A stretch of 64,000 bases of DNA from Bacteroidota bacterium (GCA_023428755.1 JAEYWX010000001.1:157487-221486), one strand, 5' to 3'; shown: positions 50,240 through 60,635, counted from the first letter of the stretch. The notes: generated by a model from the letters alone, not told the origin. Program-made: numbers and translations.

Positions 50240-50331
50240 TAAGAATGAAAAATTTCCAGCCATTCATTTGTATTCGAATCTATTTTCCAAACTTTACATA
50301 CACAAGCAACAAACGAACGAAACCGGAACGG

Positions 50332-51402
50332 ATGCCGACGAACGCACAAAACATCGTGACGAAACTGTTTGGTCCCAAAGACAAGATCAACGATATTGGT
50401 ATCCGTGTGGTACTGGTGCCACTGTTTGGAATTGCAATTCCGCTTATCACCCAAATGGTGCCGCATGAAGAATTCAGCAACTGGCAAATCAAACTCAGTT
50501 ATCTCTACACCATCACGATTGCATTTGTGATCTATGAAGGTGTTCGGTTTTTGCAGTTCACCCTGCGTTCGTATTTTGATTGGTTGAATAAACCATTCAA
50601 AAAAATACTTGCTTTCATTATCACCATTCCTTTTTATGTAGTGCCTGTAAGTGTGTTGATGCTGGTGGGCTGGTACAAACTGTTTTTGAACGGCGTGGTT
50701 GATTGGGACGTAGTACGTTTATCATCCATCATCATCCTCATTGCTGTTTTCTTTCTGGTGAATTTATATGAAACGGTTTTCCTGGTGCGTGATGTAGCCA
50801 ATGACAAACTGGAACAGGAACAACTGGTACGTGCCAAAGCTGAAGCCGAACTGGAAGCACTGAAGAACCAGATCGATCCGCATTTTATTTTTAATTCACT
50901 CAACACATTATCACATCTTATTGAAGAAAAACCGGAGAAGGCCAAACTCTTTAACGACAGCATGGCCGATGTGTACCGTTATATTTTGCAGAACAAAGCA
51001 AGAGACCTTGTATTGCTACGGGATGAAATGGAGTTTCTGCAGGACTATTTTTCCTTACTGAAAATCCGCTTTGAAGAAGCACTGCAATTAACAACCAACG
51101 TGGAAGAAGCGTTGTGGGATCAGTATTTCATTCCACCCATTTCATTACAGGTGTTGCTGGAAAATGCTGTAAAGCACAATGAATTTTCGGAAGCATCTCC
51201 CTTACACATCGAACTGCTTTTTCTGAATGATGAGTTGCAGATTAAAAATAAACTGAAAGAAAAAAAGTTGCGGAAACCATCTTCCCGTATTGGTTTGCAA
51301 AACCTGGAGGAACGTTACCGGCTCAGCACCGGCCAATCGATCCGTATTGAAAACGACGAAAACCAGTTTACCGTTTGTTTACCCATTTTGAAAATGAAGT
51401 AA
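50332..51402 (+). CDS. LytS-family membrane histidine kinase
   Basis: LKNQIDPHFIFNSLN, LLENAVKHN, IGLQNL, four TMs; start uncertain, ATG 50332 chosen. Confidence 0.9.
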   Translation: MPTNAQNIVTKLFGPKDKINDIGIRVVLVPLFGIAIPLITQMVPHEEFSNWQIKLSYLYTITIAFVIYEGVRFLQFTLRSYFDWLNKPFKKILAFIITIPFYVVPVSVLMLVGWYKLFLNGVVDWDVVRLSSIIILIAVFFLVNLYETVFLVRDVANDKLEQEQLVRAKAEAELEALKNQIDPHFIFNSLNTLSHLIEEKPEKAKLFNDSMADVYRYILQNKARDLVLLRDEMEFLQDYFSLLKIRFEEALQLTTNVEEALWDQYFIPPISLQVLLENAVKHNEFSEASPLHIELLFLNDELQIKNKLKEKKLRKPSSRIGLQNLEERYRLSTGQSIRIENDENQFTVCLPILKMK

Positions 51403-51403
51403 T

Positions 51404-52156
51404 ATGAAAGTAGTGTTGATTGAAGATGAAAAACCGGCAGCAGAAAAATTACGAAAGGCTTTACTGAAAGCAGATGAAACTATTGCGGTAGAAGCTGTGC
51501 TGGACAGTATTCATTCAGCTGAGGAATGGTTTGCCGCCAATGCCATGCCCGATCTCGTATTTATGGACATTGAATTGTCCGACGGACTATCGTTTCAATT
51601 ATTGGATAGCATAAAAATTACCTGCCCCATTATTTTCTGTACCGCTTATGATGAATACTGGCAGGAAGCATTTGAGCATAACAGCATCGACTATTTATTA
51701 AAACCTGTGAGCGATGACAAACTGCAACAGGCGTTGAAGAAATATGAATCACTGAAAAAGCATTTCGCTCAAAACCTGCAACAGTTGTTACAGGCTCAGC
51801 AAAAACAAACACCTGAATTCAAGAAACGTTTTTTGGTGAAACGTGGGAGCGATTACATCAGTATTAAAACAGAAGACATTGCTTACTTCTATGCGACACA
51901 TAAATTAGTTTGCATGGTTGATCACCGCAACCAGAAATTCATCCTCGATCAATCGCTGGCCGAACTGGAAAAAGAAACCGACCCTTCGGTTTTCTATCGG
52001 GTAAACAGGAAATATCTGGTGAATGTATCGGCAATACAAAAAATAAAAAGCTATCCCAAAAGCAAATTGGAACTGGAACTGCAGCCCGCCGCTCCCGAAG
52101 AAGTGATTGTAAGCCAGGAAAATGCAGCAGCGTTTAAAGAGTGGATGGGGAGTTAA
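51404..52156 (+). CDS. LytTR-family response regulator
   Basis: IEDE, FMDIELSDG, YLLKP, FYRVNRKY. Confidence 0.95.
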   Translation: MKVVLIEDEKPAAEKLRKALLKADETIAVEAVLDSIHSAEEWFAANAMPDLVFMDIELSDGLSFQLLDSIKITCPIIFCTAYDEYWQEAFEHNSIDYLLKPVSDDKLQQALKKYESLKKHFAQNLQQLLQAQQKQTPEFKKRFLVKRGSDYISIKTEDIAYFYATHKLVCMVDHRNQKFILDQSLAELEKETDPSVFYRVNRKYLVNVSAIQKIKSYPKSKLELELQPAAPEEVIVSQENAAAFKEWMGS

Positions 52157-52282
52157 TTGAACAGACAATTGACAATAAGCAATTGGCATAAACACGCAAC
52201 TTGCCTATTCCCTATTCCCCATTGCCAATTGCTTATTCTTACTACCCGTTCTTCCCTTACCTTTGTAATTCAATTTACGATT

Positions 52283-52519
52283 ATGAAAAAGTGGGGATTG
52301 ATGGTCGTTTTTCTGGTAGCAGCACTTCTGTTTACCGGTATTGATGCAGAAGCACAATGTTCGATCTGTACCAAAACAGCTTCGCAATTAGGAGAAAAAC
52401 CGGCGAAGGCTTTGAATGGTGCCATCATCTATCTCATGAGTACGCCGTTGCTCATCATTGGTTTCATTGGCTGGCGCTGGTGGAAGATGCAGAAGAAAGA
52501 TGAAGAAGTACAATCCTGA
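52283..52519 (+). CDS. Small membrane protein with exported CxxC
   Basis: Signal peptide (AEAQ) then CSIC, C-terminal TM; TACCTTTG box upstream; start ATG 52283. Confidence 0.75.
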   Translation: MKKWGLMVVFLVAALLFTGIDAEAQCSICTKTASQLGEKPAKALNGAIIYLMSTPLLIIGFIGWRWWKMQKKDEEVQS

Positions 52520-52650
52520 TTTTATTTACTCTATTTATTGATTATCCTTTTTTCGTCCGACGAGGGCGTCCGACGTAGCCTAACCATTAATCATATTCCC
52601 TTTTTTACATTCTGTCCATACCGTAACTTGTATGCATCAATCAACTGCAT

Positions 52651-55077
52651 ATGAGAAAGCTAATTGTATTGCTCTTATTGTTTCCATTTTTTACAACAGC
52701 GCAAAACCAGGCGCCGGTAAAACAGGAACTTCCCTCCATTGAAGAGAAAACAAAAAACCTGCAAAAGTATGAAGGCTACTTTCCGTTTTACTGGGATGAA
52801 ACAAGCGGAAAGATCTGGCTGGAGATCGATAAACTTGATACAGAATTTTTATACGTTGTATCACTGCCCGCAGGATTAGGTTCCAACGATATTGGTCTTG
52901 ATCGTGGTTTGCTGGGCGAGGACCGTGTGGTGAAGTTCCATAAGGTGGGTCGTAAGATCTTACTTATTCAACCGAATTACAACTACCGTGCTTTATCCAA
53001 TGATGCAGCCGAACGTCGGGCTGTAGAACAGGCATTTGCACAAACTACTGTGTGGGGTTTTACGGCCGAAGCAGAAAGCAAAGGAAAAGTTTTGGTTGAT
53101 GCCACTGATTTTTTGTTGCGTGATGCGATGAAAGTGAGCAATACCATCCGCCGTATGCGGCAGGGGAATTTTGTACTGGATAAAACACGCAGTGCCGTGT
53201 ACCTGCCACGTACCAAAAACTTTCCGCTCAATTCCGAACTGGAAGTAACCGTTACCTATGCCAACAACGATGGTGAAGTGGGCAATTTTGTACAATCGGT
53301 GACGCCTTCGTCGGAGGCTATCACACTCCGCATCCATCATTCACTGGTGCAGTTGCCGGACAACAATTATAAACCACGGATATTTGATCCACGCAGCAGT
53401 TTTATTCCGGTTTCGTTTTACGACTATGCCTCCCCCGTTAGTGATCCCATCGAAAAACAATACATCATCCGTCATCGCTTGCAGAAAAAAGATCCATCCG
53501 CAGCAACAAGTGAAGCGGTGAAACCCATCATTTATTATCTCGATAACGGTACGCCTGAACCCATTCGTTCGGCCCTACTTGATGGTGGTAAATGGTGGAA
53601 CCAGGCATTTGAAGCTGCCGGCTACAGCAATGCATTTGATGTACGTATTCTACCTGACAGTGCCGACCCGATGGATATCCGTTACAACATGATCAACTGG
53701 GTACATCGTTCCACACGTGGTTGGAGCTATGGCGCTTCGGTTGTTGATCCACGCACCGGTGAAATTATTAAAGGACAGGTATCGCTTGGTTCGCTGCGGG
53801 TGCGACAGGATTATCTCATCTTCTCCGGGTTGTTATCGCCTTATGAAACAGGTATTCCGGCCGATGATCAAATGCTGAAAGCAGCTCTGGCACGATTGCG
53901 TCAGCTATCGGCCCATGAAATTGGTCATACCATTGGACTGATGCACAACTATGCCGCCAGTGTAAGCAACCGTGCCAGTGTTATGGATTATCCGCACCCC
54001 ACCATTCGTGTAAAGGCAAACGGTGACATGGATTTTTCCAGTGTGTATGATGATAAGATTGGTGATTGGGATAAAGTAGCTATCACCTGGGGTTACCGGG
54101 ATTTTCCGGCAGGCACGAATGAAAAAACGGCATTGAACAATATTCTAACGGAAGCGAATAAACGAGGATTACAGTTCATCAGCGACAGAGATGCACGTGC
54201 ACCGGGTGGCTTACATCCGCAGGCGCATTTATGGGACAATGGTGTGAACGCAGCAGACGAATTAAAAGAAGTGATGAAAGTTCGCAGCAAAGCTTTGCAG
54301 CAGTTTGGCGAAAAAAATATTGTGCCCGGTATGCCCATGGCGATGCTGGAAGATGCCTTGGTGCCGGTGTATTTTTATCATCGCTATCAAATTGAAGCAG
54401 CTACAAAACTGGTGGGCGGCATGTATTATAATTACGCATTGCGTGGGGATGGACAACTCATCACCAAACTGCTTTCGAAAGAAGAACAACGCAACGCATT
54501 AAATTCAATTGTTGATTGTATTGATCCTAAAGTTTTAATTATTCCTGATCGTATTGCTGCATTGATACCACCACGTCCATCGGGTTACGGAAGTTCACGG
54601 GAATTGTTCCGTAAACGTACCGGTTTATCATTCGATCAATTGTCGCCTGCAGAAACAGCCGCCGATCTTCCCTTCTCGTTTTTATTCAATAGTGAACGAC
54701 TAAATCGGATGGTTCAGCAGGAAGTAAATGGCGGATTAGGTGTGGCCGAAATGATCCAGACCCTCATCAACAAAACATGGAAAGCGCCACGCCGAACAGG
54801 TATGGAAGCATTGATTCAGCAACAAACCGAACAGGTACTGTTGACGTACTTGCTGGCTGCATCTGTTGATGAGAATAATTCATTTCTTGTTCGTGCAACA
54901 GTATTGAAAGCAGTGAGCGATCTCAAAAAACAACTGGAGCTGCAACTCAAAACGGCCACAGGTAGTACTGCTGCTCATTTACAACTGGCACTGGAGCGCA
55001 TGAAGAATCCGAAAGACGCCAAACCTACTTTGCATAAGGAAGCGCCGCCGGGTGCGCCGATTGGATGCGATCTGTAA
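52651..55077 (+). CDS. Exported zinc metalloprotease (metzincin; DUF5117/DUF4953 type)
   Basis: HEIGHTIGLMH (HExxHxxGxxH), Met-turn SVMDY, DPRTGEII. Confidence 0.92.
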   Translation: MRKLIVLLLLFPFFTTAQNQAPVKQELPSIEEKTKNLQKYEGYFPFYWDETSGKIWLEIDKLDTEFLYVVSLPAGLGSNDIGLDRGLLGEDRVVKFHKVGRKILLIQPNYNYRALSNDAAERRAVEQAFAQTTVWGFTAEAESKGKVLVDATDFLLRDAMKVSNTIRRMRQGNFVLDKTRSAVYLPRTKNFPLNSELEVTVTYANNDGEVGNFVQSVTPSSEAITLRIHHSLVQLPDNNYKPRIFDPRSSFIPVSFYDYASPVSDPIEKQYIIRHRLQKKDPSAATSEAVKPIIYYLDNGTPEPIRSALLDGGKWWNQAFEAAGYSNAFDVRILPDSADPMDIRYNMINWVHRSTRGWSYGASVVDPRTGEIIKGQVSLGSLRVRQDYLIFSGLLSPYETGIPADDQMLKAALARLRQLSAHEIGHTIGLMHNYAASVSNRASVMDYPHPTIRVKANGDMDFSSVYDDKIGDWDKVAITWGYRDFPAGTNEKTALNNILTEANKRGLQFISDRDARAPGGLHPQAHLWDNGVNAADELKEVMKVRSKALQQFGEKNIVPGMPMAMLEDALVPVYFYHRYQIEAATKLVGGMYYNYALRGDGQLITKLLSKEEQRNALNSIVDCIDPKVLIIPDRIAALIPPRPSGYGSSRELFRKRTGLSFDQLSPAETAADLPFSFLFNSERLNRMVQQEVNGGLGVAEMIQTLINKTWKAPRRTGMEALIQQQTEQVLLTYLLAASVDENNSFLVRATVLKAVSDLKKQLELQLKTATGSTAAHLQLALERMKNPKDAKPTLHKEAPPGAPIGCDL

Positions 55078-55092
55078 CAGCATAATTTTTTT

Positions 55093-55125
55093 ACAACCCT
55101 CAACTTTGTTGGGGGTTTGTTTTTT
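55093..55125 (+). terminator. Intrinsic terminator
   Basis: ACAACCCTCAAC...GTTGGGGGTTTGT plus T-tract. Confidence 0.65.
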
Positions 55126-55267
55126 ACCACAGTAAAGGTATGTGTGAGATGTTGGCACGCAGTGAGAAAGAGATCGCAGATCTGATTGAACACAATCTTT
55201 TTTCTCTGTCAACTCCGCTTCGCAAATAGGTTGCAAACCACCCGTCTAGTTTCGTTAAAAAAATACG

Positions 55268-55621
55268 ATGATTCTCATTACACAACTCACCGCCTTGCAA
55301 CCCGAAGTAAAACTATTGCTTCCCGGAACAGCCGTTTCCTGCAGCCTCCTCAGTCAACAGCTCCACCAAACCGATCCGCAGCATCCGGCACTTACCATCG
55401 GCTGGCGGATGATCGACCGTTCACACAGTGCCGCTTCACCCGATTGCTTTGTTGTAACGGATGCAATGGAACAGGAAGGCGTTTCGTCTTTACAACCGCT
55501 CTCCCAGCTGCAACCCAACAGCACCCATGCGTACCGGGAATTTTGTTTGAACACTGGTGATTACCGGCTCACCGGTGTGGAACAGGTAACCGTGATGCTG
55601 GAGATTGAACCGGTTTCCTGA
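55268..55621 (+). CDS. Hypothetical protein
   Basis: 117-aa ORF with ATG start and A-rich upstream, co-oriented with the next gene; no recognised motif. Confidence 0.55.
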   Translation: MILITQLTALQPEVKLLLPGTAVSCSLLSQQLHQTDPQHPALTIGWRMIDRSHSAASPDCFVVTDAMEQEGVSSLQPLSQLQPNSTHAYREFCLNTGDYRLTGVEQVTVMLEIEPVS

Positions 55622-55680
55622 TCTGTGTATTGACCCAATCGATGCTTGCAGTATCTTTCCGCTGAACAGCGTTCCCTTTC

Positions 55681-56397
55681 ATGATCTATTACCAGCATTT
55701 TTATCCCGAAGCCGTGTATCCATCCCTGCTGGATGCGTATTTGAGCAAAGGCTGGTACCGTATTCAACAAATGCTGATCACCACCGATCTGATCACAAAG
55801 CAAGATGATTTTTTAGCCGTGTTCTGGCTGCGGTACCGTTTGCAACACTATCAGCACAGGACGAAAAGCAGAAAGCTGCTCCAGGCAATCCAACCGTTTA
55901 CGGTCAGTATTGAGCCGCTGCAGTTTACAGAAGAGCTGGAACAACTCTATGCAGCCTACCACTCACAGCTTGATTTTGACATGAGTGAAACGGCGCAAGC
56001 CTATCTGCTGGGCGAACGCAGCGAATCGGTGTTTCATACACAGGTGCTCACCATTCGTGACGGGGACCGGTTGATTGCGGCCGGTTGTTATGATGAAGGC
56101 GCCGAATCGATGATGGGCATTTTGAATATCTACCACCCTGGCTATAAGAAATACAGTTTGGGAAAAGTATTGCTGCTGCTGAAACTGGACGAGGCCATGC
56201 GTTTGCAGAAACGATTTTTTTATCCCGGTTATATGAGCCTGCATTCATCCAAGTTTGATTACAAGTTATTTCCCGATCTGGCGGTTACTGAAGTGTACAA
56301 CCGCTTAACCGATCAGTGGCTGCCGTATCAAACAACTGATTTGCAACAACTGCATGATTCGATGTTGATGAAGTTTTTAAAAGAGCAAAGAGGGTGA
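55681..56397 (+). CDS. Aminoacyl-tRNA-protein transferase-like (ATE/Bpt, GNAT fold) protein
   Basis: LDAYLSKGWYR, LEQLYAAY, YSLGKVLLL, FFYPGY, KFDYK match the ATE_N/ATE_C layout. Confidence 0.75.
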   Translation: MIYYQHFYPEAVYPSLLDAYLSKGWYRIQQMLITTDLITKQDDFLAVFWLRYRLQHYQHRTKSRKLLQAIQPFTVSIEPLQFTEELEQLYAAYHSQLDFDMSETAQAYLLGERSESVFHTQVLTIRDGDRLIAAGCYDEGAESMMGILNIYHPGYKKYSLGKVLLLLKLDEAMRLQKRFFYPGYMSLHSSKFDYKLFPDLAVTEVYNRLTDQWLPYQTTDLQQLHDSMLMKFLKEQRG

Positions 56398-56572
56398 GTT
56401 ATGTTCTGAGAATGTGTATTTTGAAGAAGCATTTATTTCCTATGTTCAATTACCCCCTAGTATCGCTGGATCCGTTTTTCTCGAAAATAAAAAACTGTGC
56501 CCCACAGTGTACCCCGAAAATGAAAAAAGGCTCGTAAATCAGTGATTTACAAGCCCTTCTATCTTTTGGATG

Positions 56573-56645
56573 TGGTGTGGGCCGGGATCGAACCGGCGAC
56601 ACAAGGATTTTCAGTCCTTTGCTCTACCGACTGAGCTACCGCACC
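56573..56645 (-). tRNA. tRNA-Phe (GAA)
   Basis: Minus strand GGTGCGGTAGCTCAGTCGGTAGAGCAAAGGACT-GAA-AATCCTTGTGTCGCCGGTTCGATCCCGGCCCACACCA; -7 box at 56706-56713. Confidence 0.96.
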
Positions 56646-56828
56646 ATTCCTGAAACACGCTATTCGGTAAGTGGAAGCCTATCCTCCTGTTGTGCTTCGG
56701 GGCTGCAAATATAGAAGAATGAGTGTTAATATCGAAATCTTTAGCCTATTATTTCAAATTCAATTTATTCGCAAACACAACGTTGGTTCTAACAGACAAT
56801 CTTGCTACTTGGATTTCCTTCTGCATAT

Positions 56829-56873
56829 CTTGTGCCTTGTAACTTGTGTCTTGTGCCTTGTGCCTTGTACCTT
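56829..56873. repeat. Heptamer tandem repeat (CTTGTGC-like x6)
   Basis: CTTGTGC CTTGTAA CTTGTGT CTTGTGC CTTGTGC CTTGTAC. Confidence 0.8.
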
Positions 56874-56942
56874 ATTCTTTGCCTGTTTCACTAACTACTT
56901 TGAACTACCGGCTATCAGCTAACAACTTGCTCACTTCGTTCC

Positions 56943-59276
56943 CTACATCCCGTACTCACTCAAAAACTTGATCCGCATGATCTTCAACTGTTCCCAGTTG
57001 TAGCCACCATCTTCCAGTTCTTGTTGGGCGATCTTTAAATCACTGGTACTGCAGGTTTTGAAATAATCGATGATCTCCTCCTGTTCGTATTCATCGAGCC
57101 ATTCATCAATGGCATAATCTAAACGCAGTTTAGTGCCGCTGGCAGCAATGGTTTCCATTTCTTCCAGCATTTCATCCATGCGCCAGCCTTTGTTTTTGGC
57201 AATGGTCTCCAGCGGAATGCGTTTGTCAATATTCTGGATCAGGTACACTTTATTGCCGCTCTTGTTCACCACACTCTTCATCACAAACTCATCGGGCTTT
57301 TCGATCTCATTCTCTTCTACATATTTCGCCACCATTTCCACAAAGGGTTTACCGTAACGGATGGCCTTACCCTTACTTACGCCTTGGCATTTTTCAAGTT
57401 CTTCCAGTGTGGTGGGATACAACGTTGCCATATCCAGCAATGAATTTTCAAGGAATATCACAAAAGGCGGTAAGCCTTTTTTCTTGGCCTCTTTCTGCCG
57501 CAGTTCCTTCAGCATTTCAAACAACCTGTCGTCCGATGCCAACGCACCGCCACCGGCCGTTTCGCCTTCGTCATCATCGGCATTGGCTTCTTCGTACAAA
57601 TTATTCAACACAATTTTGAAACTCTTCGGCTTCTTCAAAAATGCTTCACCAACCTTGGTCATCTTCAACAAACCATATTCTTCAATATCTTTCTGAATCA
57701 AGCCGTGCAGTAACATCTGTCGGATGAGTGAATTCCAGAAATGCTGGTCGTTTTCTTTTCCTTTTCCAAATTCCGGCAGCTGATCATGCCTGTACATCTG
57801 GATTTGTGGTGTTAACCGGCCCGTAATAACAGGGATCACATATTCTGTTGCAAACCGTTCGCCCAATGCTTTGATTGTTTTTAATGCAATCACAGTTTCC
57901 TCTTTTGCTTCGATCTTTTCTTTTGGATGCAGACAATTATCACAGTTACCGCAGTTTTCTTCGGTATATTCTTCACCAAAATAATGCAGGAGTATTTTTC
58001 TCCGGCATACAGAACTTTCTGCAAACGCAACAGTTTCCTGGATCATTTGTGCCGTTACTTCACGCTCACTAAGCGGTTTATCACGCATCAAATGCTCCAG
58101 TTTGCTTACATCTTTGTGCGAATAGTACAGGATACATTTCCCTTCCATCCCATCACGTCCTGCACGCCCTGTTTCCTGGTAATAGTTTTCGATACTCTTA
58201 GGAATATTGAAGTGGATCACAAAACGGATATCCGGTTTATCGATCCCCATTCCAAACGCAATGGTGGCCACAATTACCTGTACATCTTCATTCAAAAACT
58301 GGTCTTGTTTTTCGGCTCTCACCTTGCCATCAAAGCCTGCGTGGTAGGCCACTGCTTTAATACCATTGGCCTTCAGCATATCGGCCAGCTCTTCTGTTGT
58401 TTTTCGGTTGAGGGTGTAAATGATACCGCTCTTGCCTTTGTTCTGTGAAATAAACTTCACAATATGTTTTACCGTTTGATCTTTCTTGATCTTGGGTTGA
58501 ATTTCATAATACAGATTGCCCCTGTTGAACGATGAAATAAAAATATCAGGGTTCCGCAATCCCAGGTTCTTCACAATATCACTCTGCACTTTGGGAGTGG
58601 CCGTAGCCGTTAATGCAATAATGGGCACATCGGGATTGATCTGGTCCATCATTTCTTTTAACCGGCGGTATTCCGGTCTGAAATCATGCCCCCACTCACT
58701 GATACAATGCGCCTCATCTACTGCGAAAAACGAAATATTGAGATCACTGAAAAATTCAAGGTTGTCCTGTTTGGTAAGTGTTTCCGGGGCTACGTACAGC
58801 ATCTTGGTTTTGCCGGTAAGCAAATCATCGTGTACTTCTTTAATCTCTTTTTTGGTTAAGGTCGAATTAAGAAAGTGCGCCACATCGTCCTTACTGCTGT
58901 AACTGCGTACCAGGTCCACCTGGTTTTTCATAAGGGCGATCAACGGACTTACAATAATCGCCACACCCTCACATACCAACGCAGGCAATTGGTAACACAA
59001 ACTTTTACCACCGCCGGTGGGCATAATTACAAACGTATCGTTCCCGGCCAGCAGGTTGGTGATCACCGCTTCCTGCGTGCCTTTGAAGGCATCGAATCCA
59101 AAATGTTCATGGAGGGCGGCATACAGATCAACACCGGTTTTCATAGCGGTTGATTGTTTACCGTTTGCTTTTGCACCCGTGTCGCCAGTCTGTCGGGCCG
59201 ATTTTTTTGCAGTTTCCTTTGCGCCGGTTGTTGTTTTTGCCGCTTTTTGCGGAGCTTTTTTCTTAACTGTTGTCAT
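56943..59276 (-). CDS. recQ: ATP-dependent DNA helicase RecQ
   Basis: [37 protein letters not shown], Zn-binding CRR...CGNCDNC, HRDC; start probably ATG 59276. Confidence 0.96.
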   Translation of the reverse strand: MTTVKKKAPQKAAKTTTGAKETAKKSARQTGDTGAKANGKQSTAMKTGVDLYAALHEHFGFDAFKGTQEAVITNLLAGNDTFVIMPTGGGKSLCYQLPALVCEGVAIIVSPLIALMKNQVDLVRSYSSKDDVAHFLNSTLTKKEIKEVHDDLLTGKTKMLYVAPETLTKQDNLEFFSDLNISFFAVDEAHCISEWGHDFRPEYRRLKEMMDQINPDVPIIALTATATPKVQSDIVKNLGLRNPDIFISSFNRGNLYYEIQPKIKKDQTVKHIVKFISQNKGKSGIIYTLNRKTTEELADMLKANGIKAVAYHAGFDGKVRAEKQDQFLNEDVQVIVATIAFGMGIDKPDIRFVIHFNIPKSIENYYQETGRAGRDGMEGKCILYYSHKDVSKLEHLMRDKPLSEREVTAQMIQETVAFAESSVCRRKILLHYFGEEYTEENCGNCDNCLHPKEKIEAKEETVIALKTIKALGERFATEYVIPVITGRLTPQIQMYRHDQLPEFGKGKENDQHFWNSLIRQMLLHGLIQKDIEEYGLLKMTKVGEAFLKKPKSFKIVLNNLYEEANADDDEGETAGGGALASDDRLFEMLKELRQKEAKKKGLPPFVIFLENSLLDMATLYPTTLEELEKCQGVSKGKAIRYGKPFVEMVAKYVEENEIEKPDEFVMKSVVNKSGNKVYLIQNIDKRIPLETIAKNKGWRMDEMLEEMETIAASGTKLRLDYAIDEWLDEYEQEEIIDYFKTCSTSDLKIAQQELEDGGYNWEQLKIMRIKFLSEYGM

Positions 59277-59568
59277 CACTTGTTTTCCTTCACTCTTTGG
59301 TTTTACAAACTGGACTTTCGTAAGCAAGTTGTATAAGAAAGTACGGACCGTACTTTTTTGGAAAGGGGCACGAAGTTACTGAAAACAGGGGAGCTTAGCC
59401 CTCTCCATTCGTCAAATTCCTGCTAAAAAAGTCCAATGCAGAAGATAGTTCATTTTTAGCATATATGTGCTGCGAAATTTGCACATCCGCTGCTGCAACC
59501 ACCCCGTTTTTGCTTTTCTCAGCCGGCTTCTTTTCTTTTCTGTTGATTTAAAGTAGGTTTGCCCCGCT

Positions 59569-60543
59569 ATGGCAGCAAAACAACATATCGATCCGGTAGA
59601 AACGGCCCGCCGCACCATTGCACTTGAGGCAGGGGCCATTGAAGCATTAGCCGGCCAGCTAACCAATGATTTTGCACGTATTTGCAGTGTGATCCTGGAA
59701 GCGAAAGGCAGGCTCATTGTAAGCGGCATCGGTAAAAGTGCAGTGATAGCCCAGAAGATCGTAGCCACACTCAACTCCACCGGCACACCGGCCGTGTACC
59801 TGCATGCAGCCGAAGCCATTCATGGCGATCTTGGTATGATCCTGCAACACGATGTGGTGATGATCATCAGCAAGAGCGGTGAAAGTCCCGAGATCAAAGT
59901 GCTTACACAGTTGGTAAAGAATTTTGGTAATCCGGTAATTGGCATGGTCGGTAACATTGATTCCTACCTCGCAAAGCAAAGCGATTTTGTACTCAACACA
60001 ACGGTTAGCCAGGAAGCTTGCCCCAATAACTTGGCTCCCACCAGCAGCACCACGGCACAAATGGTGATGGGTGATGCACTGGCAGTAGCGTTAATGGAGC
60101 TGCGTGGATTTAAGAGTGAAGATTTTGCCAAGTTCCATCCCGGCGGCGCATTAGGTAAAAAACTCTACCTGCGGGTGGCCGATCTGTATATCAACAACGA
60201 GCAACCGAAAGTGGCTCCCACCGCTTCGCTCAAAGAAGTGATCGTTGAGATTTCCAAAAAACGATTGGGTGTTACGGCCGTTGTAGGAGAGCAGGATGAT
60301 TTATTGGGTGTTATAACCGATGGTGATCTCCGCAGGATGCTGGAAAAAAATCATCCACTGGATGCAATTGCAGCTTCCGAAATCATGAGCCGCCACCCAA
60401 AAACCATCCAGGCCGATGCACTGGCCATTGATGCAATGGAATTAATGCGGGAAAATAATATCAGTCAATTACTGGTTGTTAACAACAAACAATATCTGGG
60501 AGTTATACATTTGCACGATTTAATTAAAGAAGGTTTGATATAA
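59569..60543 (+). CDS. kdsD: KpsF/GutQ family arabinose-5-phosphate isomerase (SIS + CBS)
   Basis: SGIGKS, AEAIHGDLG, LAPTSSTT, FHPGGALG, TDGDLRR. Confidence 0.93.
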   Translation: MAAKQHIDPVETARRTIALEAGAIEALAGQLTNDFARICSVILEAKGRLIVSGIGKSAVIAQKIVATLNSTGTPAVYLHAAEAIHGDLGMILQHDVVMIISKSGESPEIKVLTQLVKNFGNPVIGMVGNIDSYLAKQSDFVLNTTVSQEACPNNLAPTSSTTAQMVMGDALAVALMELRGFKSEDFAKFHPGGALGKKLYLRVADLYINNEQPKVAPTASLKEVIVEISKKRLGVTAVVGEQDDLLGVITDGDLRRMLEKNHPLDAIAASEIMSRHPKTIQADALAIDAMELMRENNISQLLVVNNKQYLGVIHLHDLIKEGLI

Positions 60544-60593
60544 AAAAGAGGAGTGGTTAGTGGTAAGTTGTGAGTAGACAGTTTTAAAGCTGC

Positions 60594-60635
60594 ATTCACT
60601 ATTCACCATTCACCATTCACCATTGACTACTCACC
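60594..60635. repeat. Heptamer tandem repeat (ATTCACC-like x6) abutting a start codon
   Basis: ATTCACT ATTCACC ATTCACC ATTCACC ATTGACT ACTCACC then ATG. Confidence 0.8.

Noticed and set aside
50179..50331. Extended N-termini in the ORF track (also 9891, 15785, 22873, 23541, 24236, 27336, 33587, 52157, 59327)
   Set aside because: The extensions run through promoters, repeats or neighbouring genes; downstream starts fit signal peptides and family N-termini better.
52554..52575. CGTCCGACG direct repeat
   Set aside because: Single occurrence in the window; cannot distinguish a degenerate REP from chance.
55140..55260. Possible structured RNA (GAGAAAGAGAT...ATCTTTTTTCTC pairing)
   Set aside because: Weak, bulged A/U-rich stem with no recognisable riboswitch or ncRNA motif.
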